From: a bacterium
Lineage (GTDB): Bacteria > JAJRZV01
Direction of reading: 5' to 3'
DNA length: 53,510 nt
NCBI GenBank assembly: GCA_024275095.1
Contig: JAJRZV010000123.1
Coordinates: forward strand, 1-53,510
Shown here piece after piece: positions 40,926-49,789 of the stretch (positions are counted from its first letter, which is position 1; each line of letters starts with the position of its first letter). Under the pieces are notes generated by a model. It was not told the DNA's origin and did not search any database. It saw only the letters and a program-made list of their open reading frames with translations. Position numbers and translations under genes: made by a program.

Positions 40926-42356
40926 TCACTGCAATGGTCGGATTTCCAGGTAATGCACACCTTCCTCTGGAATCTCGTAAATAATGAGCCTGCTCGCAGC
41001 ACTGTCAAAATAAAAAGTATCCCCGGGAAGGTCTGTGGAAATTTGGAAACCGTCCGGGTAATGCCGTTTTTGAGGCACAAAAATTTCGCTGACACCTGTG
41101 ACCCCTGGCTTGCTCTCAAATTCAAGTCTAAAAACCTTTTCTTCAATAGAAAATGAAAGTTTCCTGACTCTCCCTGCAAAAAACACGGGATATGGTCGTA
41201 CCAGAAGGTTAAGAAAGGGCTTTTCACTTCCATCGGGCCAGAGAACGGTCTGGCCCTCGCTTTTATCAAAAGACCAGTAAAGCCAGCCCACCAGACGTTC
41301 ATCAAGAAGATCAAGAAATGCGCCGATGTAATCCAGCTGGCCCGGCACCTGATCATCCCTCATGGTTCCAAATTCTCCGAGCCACCACGGCATGCCAAGT
41401 CTGGCGGCTTCCTCTTCAATTTCATTTACCGACCTTCTGATAAAACTTTCGTTTCCTGAGTATTTACCAAACGCTACGATATAGGGATCATATACATGCG
41501 GCGAATACATGAGATTGGGAGCATCGAACCTCTGCATGTACGTGGGAATTCCCATGTCGCGGAGGGGATTGGGTTCAATAAAAATAATATGATAGGGGTC
41601 TACTTTTCTGATGGCTGCAATTGTCCTCTCGTAAAATGGCTGGAGATATTTTATGTCGAATTCAGGAGCTCCAAAAAGCGTGCCGAAACTTCCGTAATAG
41701 GGCTCATTTATAATGTCATATCCAGCAATGTACGGTTCATCCTTAAATCTTTCTGCCACTGCTACCCACACCTGGACAAAATGATCCTGAACTCCGTTGG
41801 TATTCTTCCAGAAATTATCGAAGGCCCTGATGACAGCAGGTTGGTAGTAATTGAGCGGCCAGGGACTCAAACATTCAAATTCAATACCTTCATCAAGGCA
41901 AGCCCACTCAGGTGCACCATCACCACAGTACTTTTCAGAGTAAAGGTCCTGATGCATATCAAGAACGGTGTAAATACCCAGTTCAGCTGCCCATTTTACC
42001 CTTTCGGCAATATACTCGATGTAATCATCGTTAATCACACCAGGCTCGGGCTCCAGGGCGGCCCACACAATGGCCAGCCGAATAACCGAAAAACCCCATT
42101 CTTTCAACTTTTGAAAATCTTCCCTTGTGTGCCACAGTGTATAAGGCTTCTTGGGGGCGGCAAGTTGAAGTCCTCTCAAAAGCACTTCTCTCCCCTGACC
42201 GTCCACAACCTTTGACCCCTCCACGTGAAGCCAGGGACCGGGTAAGGGTGTCGGCTTTTCTTCTTCTCCACAGCTCCCCAGAAAAAACACCAGCACCATA
42301 CAGGACAATATTATTCCCGATTTTTTGAACAAAAATATAAGATGTTCAGCTTTCAC
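40926..42356 (-). CDS. Glycoside hydrolase family 5 lipoprotein (endoglycoceramidase-like, with GH5 C-terminal domain)
   Basis: LGSC lipobox; W.ALEPEPG, LDMHQDLYS, GDGAPEW, INEP (acid/base), PHVY, LGEFG (nucleophile), RPYP...AG. The GTG at 42356 overlaps the upstream TAG. Confidence 0.88.
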   Translation of the reverse strand: MKAEHLIFLFKKSGIILSCMVLVFFLGSCGEEEKPTPLPGPWLHVEGSKVVDGQGREVLLRGLQLAAPKKPYTLWHTREDFQKLKEWGFSVIRLAIVWAALEPEPGVINDDYIEYIAERVKWAAELGIYTVLDMHQDLYSEKYCGDGAPEWACLDEGIEFECLSPWPLNYYQPAVIRAFDNFWKNTNGVQDHFVQVWVAVAERFKDEPYIAGYDIINEPYYGSFGTLFGAPEFDIKYLQPFYERTIAAIRKVDPYHIIFIEPNPLRDMGIPTYMQRFDAPNLMYSPHVYDPYIVAFGKYSGNESFIRRSVNEIEEEAARLGMPWWLGEFGTMRDDQVPGQLDYIGAFLDLLDERLVGWLYWSFDKSEGQTVLWPDGSEKPFLNLLVRPYPVFFAGRVRKLSFSIEEKVFRLEFESKPGVTGVSEIFVPQKRHYPDGFQISTDLPGDTFYFDSAASRLIIYEIPEEGVHYLEIRPLQ

Positions 42357-43099
42357 TACCCTTTCCTTCTCACTCTCACATGTTCTCTGAATATTGATAC
42401 CAGATTCAGGGCGAGACCACCAGTGCGCCAGCGAGGTTTTTTCCACGTTCCTGAAACAACCGCCTGTGGTTTCGAACCCACTAAAATGTACGATGGATTA
42501 AAACCTGCAGAAATAGCGGCTCTGAGATAGGCAATATCCTTTATTGTAAATCCTATAATTTCTGCAAGGGCAAAATCGGCAGAAAGTGCATCATTGGAAG
42601 TGATGATGAAATTTGTCTCTTTGGGTTTACCAGCTACCGGGGCGTAACCTTCATACGAAATCGTTCCGTCCACAACCACTATGTGAGAAGGGAAACTTCT
42701 GTAGATGTCCAGAAACACCTGCCCTTCAGTATCTGCAAAACCTTTGGTATGATAATGCAAAAGTTTAAAAGGAGCAGGAAGAACACCAAACATATTCTTA
42801 ATGGGTCCGCTCATTTTGTAAAAGGAATGGGTTTTGGCAACAGGTAAATTGATAACAACTGGGTCACCATTTTTCAATAAGACTGTCTTTCAAAAGAGGG
42901 CCCAGTCTCCACCATACAATAGAACCGCTTTCGCCGATAAAAATTGGAATATGGGGGTTAATGTCACGCAAAATATCAACAACTGCATTGACAACTGCTG
43001 GTGAGGTTTGACTCCTGGCCTGTCTTTCATTCCACCTGCAAGATTGGGCTTAATAAGAACAAGACTATGAGTTTTTAACAAACCTGCCAGATAATTCAA
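42356..43099 (-). pseudogene. Degraded DUF362-domain (putative Fe-S/lactate racemase-like) gene
   Basis: VLIKPNL..G, frameshift to SQTSPAVVNAVVDIL...FIGESG, then a second shift or internal deletion to VINLPVAKTH..MSGPIKNMFG...VVDG...GYAP..G. The N-terminus is missing. Confidence 0.75.
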
Positions 43100-43470
43100 A
43101 CCATTCCACTGATACGGACTTTTACTTCGAATCAGAGGGGTTCAACAGTGGATTTACCGAACGCGCTGGACCTCACAACCCCATTATTTCTTATGAAATT
43201 GGGGCTGATTGGTATGCCTATCAAATTGAAATTCGAAAGTTCAGTCATTACTGGACAGTTACCACAGAAGATAATGGCGTTGAATACTGGATTATTGACC
43301 TGAAATCCCTTCTTGACAGAGGTTCCCGCTTCTCAGGTCGAGAACTCGACGAGTACGAACGGTACTATGTGGACGTGGTCAGCGAAAACATATGTATAGG
43401 AGGGCAAGCAGGAGAAAGTACTGCACGGCAGACAATTCACTATTTTGATATTCGCATCAAACTGAAATAA
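43057..43470 (+). pseudogene. Start-less open frame, probably the 3' remnant of an unknown gene
   Basis: Stop-to-stop frame of about 137 codons (..TDFYFESEGFNSGFTERAGPHNPIISYEIGADWY...HYFDIRIKLK*) with no ATG/GTG/TTG near the 5' end, so it is absent from the ORF track. Confidence 0.55.
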
Positions 43471-43493
43471 CCAGAGCCCTGTGGTTTCTTTTT
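43469..43493 (+). terminator. Possible intrinsic terminator after the remnant ORF
   Basis: AACCA-gagccctg-TGGTT followed by TCTTTTT. Confidence 0.3.
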
Positions 43494-43659
43494 CGCTTAT
43501 TTCACTTACATGCCGGGATTTAATCTACATTATTATCTCGTCGGCACCGTATCAAGATTATGTCTGGGCTGCCTGATTGAATCCCCGAAATGAATCATTA
43601 CTGTAAAAAATGCAAACACAAGAACAAACCGTAAGCACTGGGTTATAATAATTACTGCA

Positions 43660-46566
43660 GTGCCGGCCCTGAATAAATATTTAAAAGCCGTGACCATCTC
43701 TATATTACTTATTAACTTCTCCGGATGTAGTGGAAAGGATAAACAATATATATCTGGTTGCCTCTTGGATTCCGATTGTGATGCAGGGTATACATGTCAA
43801 AACGGAAACTGCATAGATGTGACACCTCCTGAGCCTCCCGACATCACGCGGATTATCGTGAACCAGAATCCCCCGGGAACAGATGATACAGTGTCGGGGA
43901 CACCGGGAGCTGTGGAAGAAAACGCCTGCGTGGTTATATATGCAGACCCGGAGCTCACGCGTGAAATCGGCAGAATCCAGGCCCATAGCAACGGGGGATT
44001 CCCTCCGATCAGCATAGGAGACAACCTGTACGAAACAGTTTACATTGTAGCTGAAGATGCTTCCGGGAACAGGAGCGCGTACATCGTTGTCAATAATGAC
44101 ATTACCCCCCCGGATACCAATATCGTTTCGACACCTCAAGATCCCACCAGCTCAACCCTTGCGACTTTTGAATTTATCTCTACAGAAAATGATTCCACGT
44201 TTAAATGCAAACTGGACACCGGCCACTGGTATTCATGCACTTCTCCTGAGATACTCACAGGGCTGGCGGAAGGTTCACATGTTTTCAAAGTGTATGCTAT
44301 TGACAGTGCAGGGAATATTGATTCCACCCCTGCCGTGTACACGTGGACAATCGATACAACACCGCCTGACACCAGCATCACCTCGTTCCCACAAAACCCG
44401 ACCTGCTATACTTACGCAACCTTCACCTTTACCTCCACGGAAGAGAACTCGACCTTCATGTGTCAAATCGACAATGGGGGATGGTACGAATGTGATTCTC
44501 CACATGCGGTAGATACCCCCTCAGAAGGCCTGCACGTATTCACAGTGAAAGCCGTTGACCAGGTGGGAAATTCTGATCCCACCCCTGACACTTTTACATG
44601 GGAAATAAAAGGAAACATCGCGGAAGCAGTGGACAATGCAGAATACGCGTGGATAACAGGTGGCGATTCCATCTGGTATCGCCAGAGAAATGAGTACGTC
44701 CACGATGGAGATGCTGCCCGCAGTGGTGCGATAAGGGATAACGAGCGCACCTATTTTCAAACCACCATTACCGTACCTGCTGACACCACGGGCTCCATAA
44801 ATTTCTACTGGAAGGTCTCCTCTGAGAGAGGGGGGGATTTTCTGAGTTTTTACGTGGACAATCTAACAGAAGCCTCCATCAGCGGCGACGTGGACTGGGA
44901 ATTTCAGTCATTCAAGATCACCTCCGGCACCCACACATTGAAATGGGAATACTCGAAGAATGAAGCACTCAGCATTGACTCGGACGCAGGCTGGGTGGAC
45001 TGGATCCTGATAGCGGTACCAGAAATTTTATGGAACTACTATGCAGGTGACCGGGTCCTTTCATCTCCCGCCCTTGGAGACGTGGACAATGACGGAAAAT
45101 TAGAAGTTGTTATAGGAGCAAACACAAATTATGTATACGCGTTTAATGGGGAAGATGGCACTCAACTATGGGCTTACAACACCGGCAATACAGTGGTCTC
45201 TTCTCCAGCCATCGGGGACATTGACAGTGATGGAATTTTAGAGGTTGTTGTCGGCAGCACCAGTGGCAACGTTTACGCCCTGAACGGTGAAAACGGCACC
45301 GTCCTGTGGACGTACAGCACAACAGGAGCTGTGTACTCTTCTCCAGCCATCGGGGACATTGACAACGACGGAAAACCTGAAGTGGTCGTGGGCTCAGGTG
45401 ATTACAACGTTTACGCTCTTAACGGAGAAGACGGTTCGCTGCTGTGGTTGTACACCACGGGCAACCGGATCGGTTATTCCTCTCCAGCTCTTGGAGATAT
45501 ATGCGGCAACGGCAGGCTCGAAGTCGTCATCGGGTCTTCGGACGGCTACGTGTATGCACTCAGTGGCGGAACGGGAGCACTGCTCTGGCAATACGACACG
45601 GGAGCAGGATTCGCGGTCAACTCTTCCCCTTCCCTCGCGGACGTAAATGGTGACGGAACACTCGACGTAATCGTGGGTTCTACCAGCAATTATATTTACG
45701 CCCTCAGGGGTGACACCGGATTGGAGTGCTGGACATTCTACACTGACGGCGATGTCACCTCCTCACCAGCACTTGGTGACATAAACAACGATGGTCAACT
45801 GGAGGTGGTCTTTGGCTCCGACGACGGAAAAGTTTACGCTCTTCGCTCAACCAGCGGAGTCCAACTGTGGTATTACAATACTTTCAACCCTGTAAAATCT
45901 TCACCTGCCCTGGGCGATGTTGACGGGGACGGGAAAATCGAAGTGATCGTGGGATCAGGTAACTACAAGCTGTACGTTCTCAACGGAGAGGACGGGTCCT
46001 TTCTGTGGGCCTACAGCACGGGTGACACGATTTTCTCTTCCCCTGCACTCGGCGACATCAACGGTGATGGAAGGCTTGACGTGGTGGTGGGTTCTTTCAG
46101 TGGTTATATCTGCGCCCTTTCGACAAGAACAAATGTACCAATTCCCGCTCTCCTGCCCTGGCCTGAGCTCGGAAACAGGAGTTACAATCGCACGCGCAAT
46201 CTGGACCCGTGGGAATACAACGACAGGTTTACAAGGCCCTCTCGCATTGCTGACCTCTCGAGAAACGGTGCCGTACCCGGATACATCTGGAAAGGAGGAG
46301 ATGTGGACTATTATTCGTTCCCTGTCATGACAACGCCGGCGACAATTACTGTGAGGCTCGAAAATATTCCCGCCGCACCCAACTATGACCTGTTTCTCTA
46401 CGACCCGCTTGAAAATCTGCTCGGGCAATCCACAAACGAAGCAAACGCCGATGAAGCGATTACGTTCCCTGTAAATGCAACGGGAACATACTCAATTAAA
46501 GTCACCTCTTCCTACGGGAATTCACCCGCAGAGCCATATTCTCTGTACATCCGGGTAGACCCGTAA
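43660..46566 (+). CDS. Large lipoprotein with Ig-like repeats, FG-GAP/PQQ-like beta-propeller repeats and a C-terminal PPC-like domain
   Basis: FSGC lipobox; Cys-rich CLLDSDC..G..C; DTTPPDT.I Ig repeats; 8 copies of SSPA(L/I)GD...DG..EVVVGS....YAL.G..G..LW; DVDYY...NYDLFLYD...G.YSIKV. Confidence 0.85.
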   Translation: MPALNKYLKAVTISILLINFSGCSGKDKQYISGCLLDSDCDAGYTCQNGNCIDVTPPEPPDITRIIVNQNPPGTDDTVSGTPGAVEENACVVIYADPELTREIGRIQAHSNGGFPPISIGDNLYETVYIVAEDASGNRSAYIVVNNDITPPDTNIVSTPQDPTSSTLATFEFISTENDSTFKCKLDTGHWYSCTSPEILTGLAEGSHVFKVYAIDSAGNIDSTPAVYTWTIDTTPPDTSITSFPQNPTCYTYATFTFTSTEENSTFMCQIDNGGWYECDSPHAVDTPSEGLHVFTVKAVDQVGNSDPTPDTFTWEIKGNIAEAVDNAEYAWITGGDSIWYRQRNEYVHDGDAARSGAIRDNERTYFQTTITVPADTTGSINFYWKVSSERGGDFLSFYVDNLTEASISGDVDWEFQSFKITSGTHTLKWEYSKNEALSIDSDAGWVDWILIAVPEILWNYYAGDRVLSSPALGDVDNDGKLEVVIGANTNYVYAFNGEDGTQLWAYNTGNTVVSSPAIGDIDSDGILEVVVGSTSGNVYALNGENGTVLWTYSTTGAVYSSPAIGDIDNDGKPEVVVGSGDYNVYALNGEDGSLLWLYTTGNRIGYSSPALGDICGNGRLEVVIGSSDGYVYALSGGTGALLWQYDTGAGFAVNSSPSLADVNGDGTLDVIVGSTSNYIYALRGDTGLECWTFYTDGDVTSSPALGDINNDGQLEVVFGSDDGKVYALRSTSGVQLWYYNTFNPVKSSPALGDVDGDGKIEVIVGSGNYKLYVLNGEDGSFLWAYSTGDTIFSSPALGDINGDGRLDVVVGSFSGYICALSTRTNVPIPALLPWPELGNRSYNRTRNLDPWEYNDRFTRPSRIADLSRNGAVPGYIWKGGDVDYYSFPVMTTPATITVRLENIPAAPNYDLFLYDPLENLLGQSTNEANADEAITFPVNATGTYSIKVTSSYGNSPAEPYSLYIRVDP
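45198..45364 (+). repeat. Intragenic direct repeat, 29 bp identical at a 138-bp (46-codon) period
   Basis: CTCTTCTCCAGCCATCGGGGACATTGACA at 45198-45226 and 45336-45364. Confidence 0.85.
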
Positions 46567-46868
46567 GTGTTCAGCAAGGGAACTTTTGACAAAATGCCGA
46601 ATATAACATTCCCTCAAGACAAAGCGTTTAAAGACAGGCTTCCCGTCGGATTTCAAATATCCTGCAGTCGATGGAGACTGTGGGGAGTAAAGGACACTGG
46701 CTCTGAAAACTCACCGGTGGGAAGGAGCCGCGAATCGCACCATCCCTGTCCTGTTTATCGTGTTAATGGAAATGAAGGTGTGACGGTCAGGACGGGAAGG
46801 CATCTATCAGGGTTTTATACCAAAAGCCCGGCGGAACAATACTTTGGAAAAAGCAGAATTCAGACCTG

Positions 46869-47720
46869 TTGATCGTGTGCACGGTGATTAAAAGTTCAAT
46901 CCTGGTCGCCCTCATGTGGCTTCCCTGTAACCCCGCCTCTGTTACGCAAAGCCTGACAAGAGGACTTTCATTTTTGCAGGCGTACGAGCTGCGCTATAGT
47001 GCAAATTACGGTTTCATATTCAAAGATATCTGCGACAAGACGCACCTGAAGGAAGCGTGTGAAATTTTCGAACATATAAAAAGAAATTCGTCTGCCTCCC
47101 CGTTTTACTTTACCGTTAACTTTTCATCAAAAAGTGCCCCCCTTTTTGAGCCGGAGGAGGTGTATAAAATCGAGCGCTTATACAGCGCCTATTCTCCTGC
47201 AAAAGATTATTATTCGGAATCCACACACAACTTCATCCACAATTTATTCCTGATCTTCAGGCAGGGGTTTGAAGCTATTGAGGGATGTTACAGTAAAATG
47301 TCAACCATCGAAAATCCCGGGAGAATTGCGGAAACGTTTGTCAATATGAAAGGCTTGAACGGGTATACGCTTTCACACCACTTTTATTTTCTTTACTTTC
47401 TCCGTCTGTCAAGATGCGATGAAAAACTCATTGATTTCAATGTCAGAGATATAATCAAGCGAGACCTCCAGCTGATGTGGAGAGAACACCAACAAGATAA
47501 AGAAATGCACGACCTGTGGTATGAAAGGCTGGCTTTCATCTCTTTGGCATGTCCCAAATGCCTTACCAAAGACGACATCTGCAAAATCCTGAGCGCACAA
47601 CGACCGGACGGCAGCTGGACTGGAACACGCGAAGAGGACAGGCATAGATCAAAAATTTTTCATACCACTTTACTGGCTTTATGGGCTTTAACAAATGCAA
47701 CGCATCCCCACGCGAAATAA
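46869..47720 (+). CDS. Secreted protein resembling the UPF0764/C16orf89 (DUF4735/DUF3541-like) family
   Basis: Hydrophobic N-terminus; GYTLSHHFYFLYFLRLSRC, DLWYE, ILSAQRPDGSW, HTTLLALWAL. Confidence 0.55.
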   Translation: MIVCTVIKSSILVALMWLPCNPASVTQSLTRGLSFLQAYELRYSANYGFIFKDICDKTHLKEACEIFEHIKRNSSASPFYFTVNFSSKSAPLFEPEEVYKIERLYSAYSPAKDYYSESTHNFIHNLFLIFRQGFEAIEGCYSKMSTIENPGRIAETFVNMKGLNGYTLSHHFYFLYFLRLSRCDEKLIDFNVRDIIKRDLQLMWREHQQDKEMHDLWYERLAFISLACPKCLTKDDICKILSAQRPDGSWTGTREEDRHRSKIFHTTLLALWALTNATHPHAK

Positions 47721-47789
47721 TCGATGCCCACGAAATGCAAATCTGATAATATAAAAGCGGTTGTCACGCATCCTTGAAAAGGGCAGGAT

Positions 47790-49229
47790 ATGAGAGAACA
47801 AACAGACGTGGTTATCATTGGCTCTGGATTTGGGGGTGCCATTCCCGCCCTTCGGCTGGCGGAAGCCGGTAAACGCGTAATAGTGCTGGAAAGAGGAAAA
47901 AAATACACAGAAAAGGACTTCGAACAGCGCTGGGATATCAAGTACCTGATGAATTTATATGCTGTCTATTACAACGATGACCTGAACGTATTCTTCCGAA
48001 CATGCAGGATGTTAGGTGGAGGATCTGTGCTTTATTCAGGTGCAATGCTGAGGCCGCCCTCGGAAGTTTTCGAGTACAGAGATTCTTCCGGTTACAAGGT
48101 GTGGCCTGACGAGGTGACCCGGGAAACCCTGGACCCTTATTTCGAGCGGGTGGAACGCATGATGGAAGTAAGGCAGGCCACGTGGGACGAGGTTCCGCGT
48201 TCAGGAGCTGTCTTTGCCATGCTCCTTGACAACATCGGCAGAACGTGTGACAGGGGGCGTTTTCCTTATGTGAATTGCAGGCAATGCGGGTTCTGCGAAG
48301 CGGGCTGTATATTTGGTGCAAAAAGGCACCTGGGGTACAACTACATTCCTGCCGCCCAGGCACTGGGAGCTGAATTCCGCACAGAGTGTGAAGCACTCTA
48401 CATCAAGCACGAACTGGGACGTTACGTGGTGGAATATCGCACACGCGAAAATCAGCTCAGGGAAATCGAATGCGACGTGTGCGTGGTAGCAGCCAATGCC
48501 ATTGAAACTCCGGCCCTGCTTCTGAGGTCCAGGCAATATCTGCGGAACCTCAGCGACCAGGTGGGACGAAATTTTCATAACAACGGTGACGTCGCATTTT
48601 TCATTGAACTTCCCGAAGGATTTGCAGACTTCACCGTTTACAAGGGGCGAACGAATGCCGTGATGATTACTTACGACTACTGGGACGAACACAGAATTAC
48701 AATTCACACGGGGTGTCAGCCTCCGGTTATATTTGCAGCACTGGAGCTTTGTCCAGTGAATGAAGACATGATCCCTTTTGGACTGCAATACAAGCACTAT
48801 CTAAAAGAAATTTACCTCAACCGGCTCATCGGGTGTCTCGCCATCGGCCTAGTAGACGGTGAGGGCCGAATTTATGCAGGCCCCAACGGAAGACCTGTTA
48901 TTTATTTTCCCCTCACAGAGTCCCTGCACGCATATATCCAAAGGGTTGTCAACGAGGTGGCACGTGAAATCGCCGAGGGCAATGGGGGCCGCGTGCTTTA
49001 CACAATGAAAAAAGGGTTTGAGCACGGGGATGCCCATCCTCTGGCGTCCGTGAGAATGGGCGATGACCCGGCAAAAGCACCCTGCACACCCTATGGAGAA
49101 CTGCGGGGTTACCCGGGGATTTTCATTACCGACGGCAGTTCCATACCTGGAAGTACGGGAGTAAATCCAGCACTCGCCATCGCCGGTAATGCCGAAAGAA
49201 TTGCCGACTACATTGTGAAAAACTACTGA
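47790..49229 (+). CDS. GMC-family FAD oxidoreductase with an Fe-S motif
   Basis: IIGSGFGGA, LERG, LGGGSVLYS, CRQCGFCEAGC..GAK, TPALLLRS, HPLASVRMG, DGS.IP...GVNPAL.I...AER. Confidence 0.92.
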   Translation: MREQTDVVIIGSGFGGAIPALRLAEAGKRVIVLERGKKYTEKDFEQRWDIKYLMNLYAVYYNDDLNVFFRTCRMLGGGSVLYSGAMLRPPSEVFEYRDSSGYKVWPDEVTRETLDPYFERVERMMEVRQATWDEVPRSGAVFAMLLDNIGRTCDRGRFPYVNCRQCGFCEAGCIFGAKRHLGYNYIPAAQALGAEFRTECEALYIKHELGRYVVEYRTRENQLREIECDVCVVAANAIETPALLLRSRQYLRNLSDQVGRNFHNNGDVAFFIELPEGFADFTVYKGRTNAVMITYDYWDEHRITIHTGCQPPVIFAALELCPVNEDMIPFGLQYKHYLKEIYLNRLIGCLAIGLVDGEGRIYAGPNGRPVIYFPLTESLHAYIQRVVNEVAREIAEGNGGRVLYTMKKGFEHGDAHPLASVRMGDDPAKAPCTPYGELRGYPGIFITDGSSIPGSTGVNPALAIAGNAERIADYIVKNY

Positions 49230-49789
49230 TGGGTATCACAAGAAGAGAATTTAATCGCTTATTACCAGCTGCGCTCTTATCCGTCGCGTTGCTGGAGGGA
49301 TGTGGAGAATCTCGACAAAAGAAATTCGCGCCCCAGTGTCTTTCTCCTTCTACAGAAGATCAGAAAATTCTTTGCAGATTCTGTGAAGCAGTGATCCCCG
49401 GCCCCCGGGAAGACCCGACCGGTGCGCCAGGAGCGCTCGAGGTATGCGCGCAAAATTTCATGTACGATGACTCCCTCATGTTTCGTAAAATTGCTCCCAC
49501 AGTATCATTCATGCTCGAACAAAAGGCTCGAAAAATATACGGCAAAAGCTTTACAGCTCTTACTCTGCAGGAATGCACAGAAGTGATACTCGCTGTAGAA
49601 GAGGAATTCCCCCAGCTGACTCTCGTTATTCGATTTGTAAAAACCGCCTTTTACGCGGGGGGCTTGAGCAACGCAGGCTGGAAATACATGGGATACAGGG
49701 GACCCAACATGGGGTATTTCAACGACCCCCAGTTTACTTTCGGGAGGCCTGTGTGCAGAGAACGCACATCTGATGGAATCATGCCGTGA
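49229..49789 (+). CDS. TAT-exported small subunit (gluconate 2-dehydrogenase subunit 3-like), probable lipoprotein
   Basis: TRREF twin-arginine, LEGC lipobox, EAVIPG...PGA, F..L, AFY, GW.YMGY.GP. Confidence 0.75.
   Translation: MGITRREFNRLLPAALLSVALLEGCGESRQKKFAPQCLSPSTEDQKILCRFCEAVIPGPREDPTGAPGALEVCAQNFMYDDSLMFRKIAPTVSFMLEQKARKIYGKSFTALTLQECTEVILAVEEEFPQLTLVIRFVKTAFYAGGLSNAGWKYMGYRGPNMGYFNDPQFTFGRPVCRERTSDGIMP

Noticed and set aside
45050-46120. Regularly spaced repeats resembling a CRISPR array
   Set aside because: They are degenerate in-frame 46-codon protein repeats inside one long ORF.
46680-46805. Cobalamin riboswitch, canonical FMN riboswitch or SRP RNA
   Set aside because: Only isolated sub-motifs match (CACTGG..GGGAAGG; GTCAGG..GGAAG). 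The required conserved cores (B12 box, second FMN T-loop arm, SRP AGCAG) are missing.
46567-46872. 101-aa ORF between the FG-GAP gene and the C16orf89-like gene
   Set aside because: No recognisable motif or ribosome-binding site and an atypical composition; the region looks more like structured non-coding sequence.
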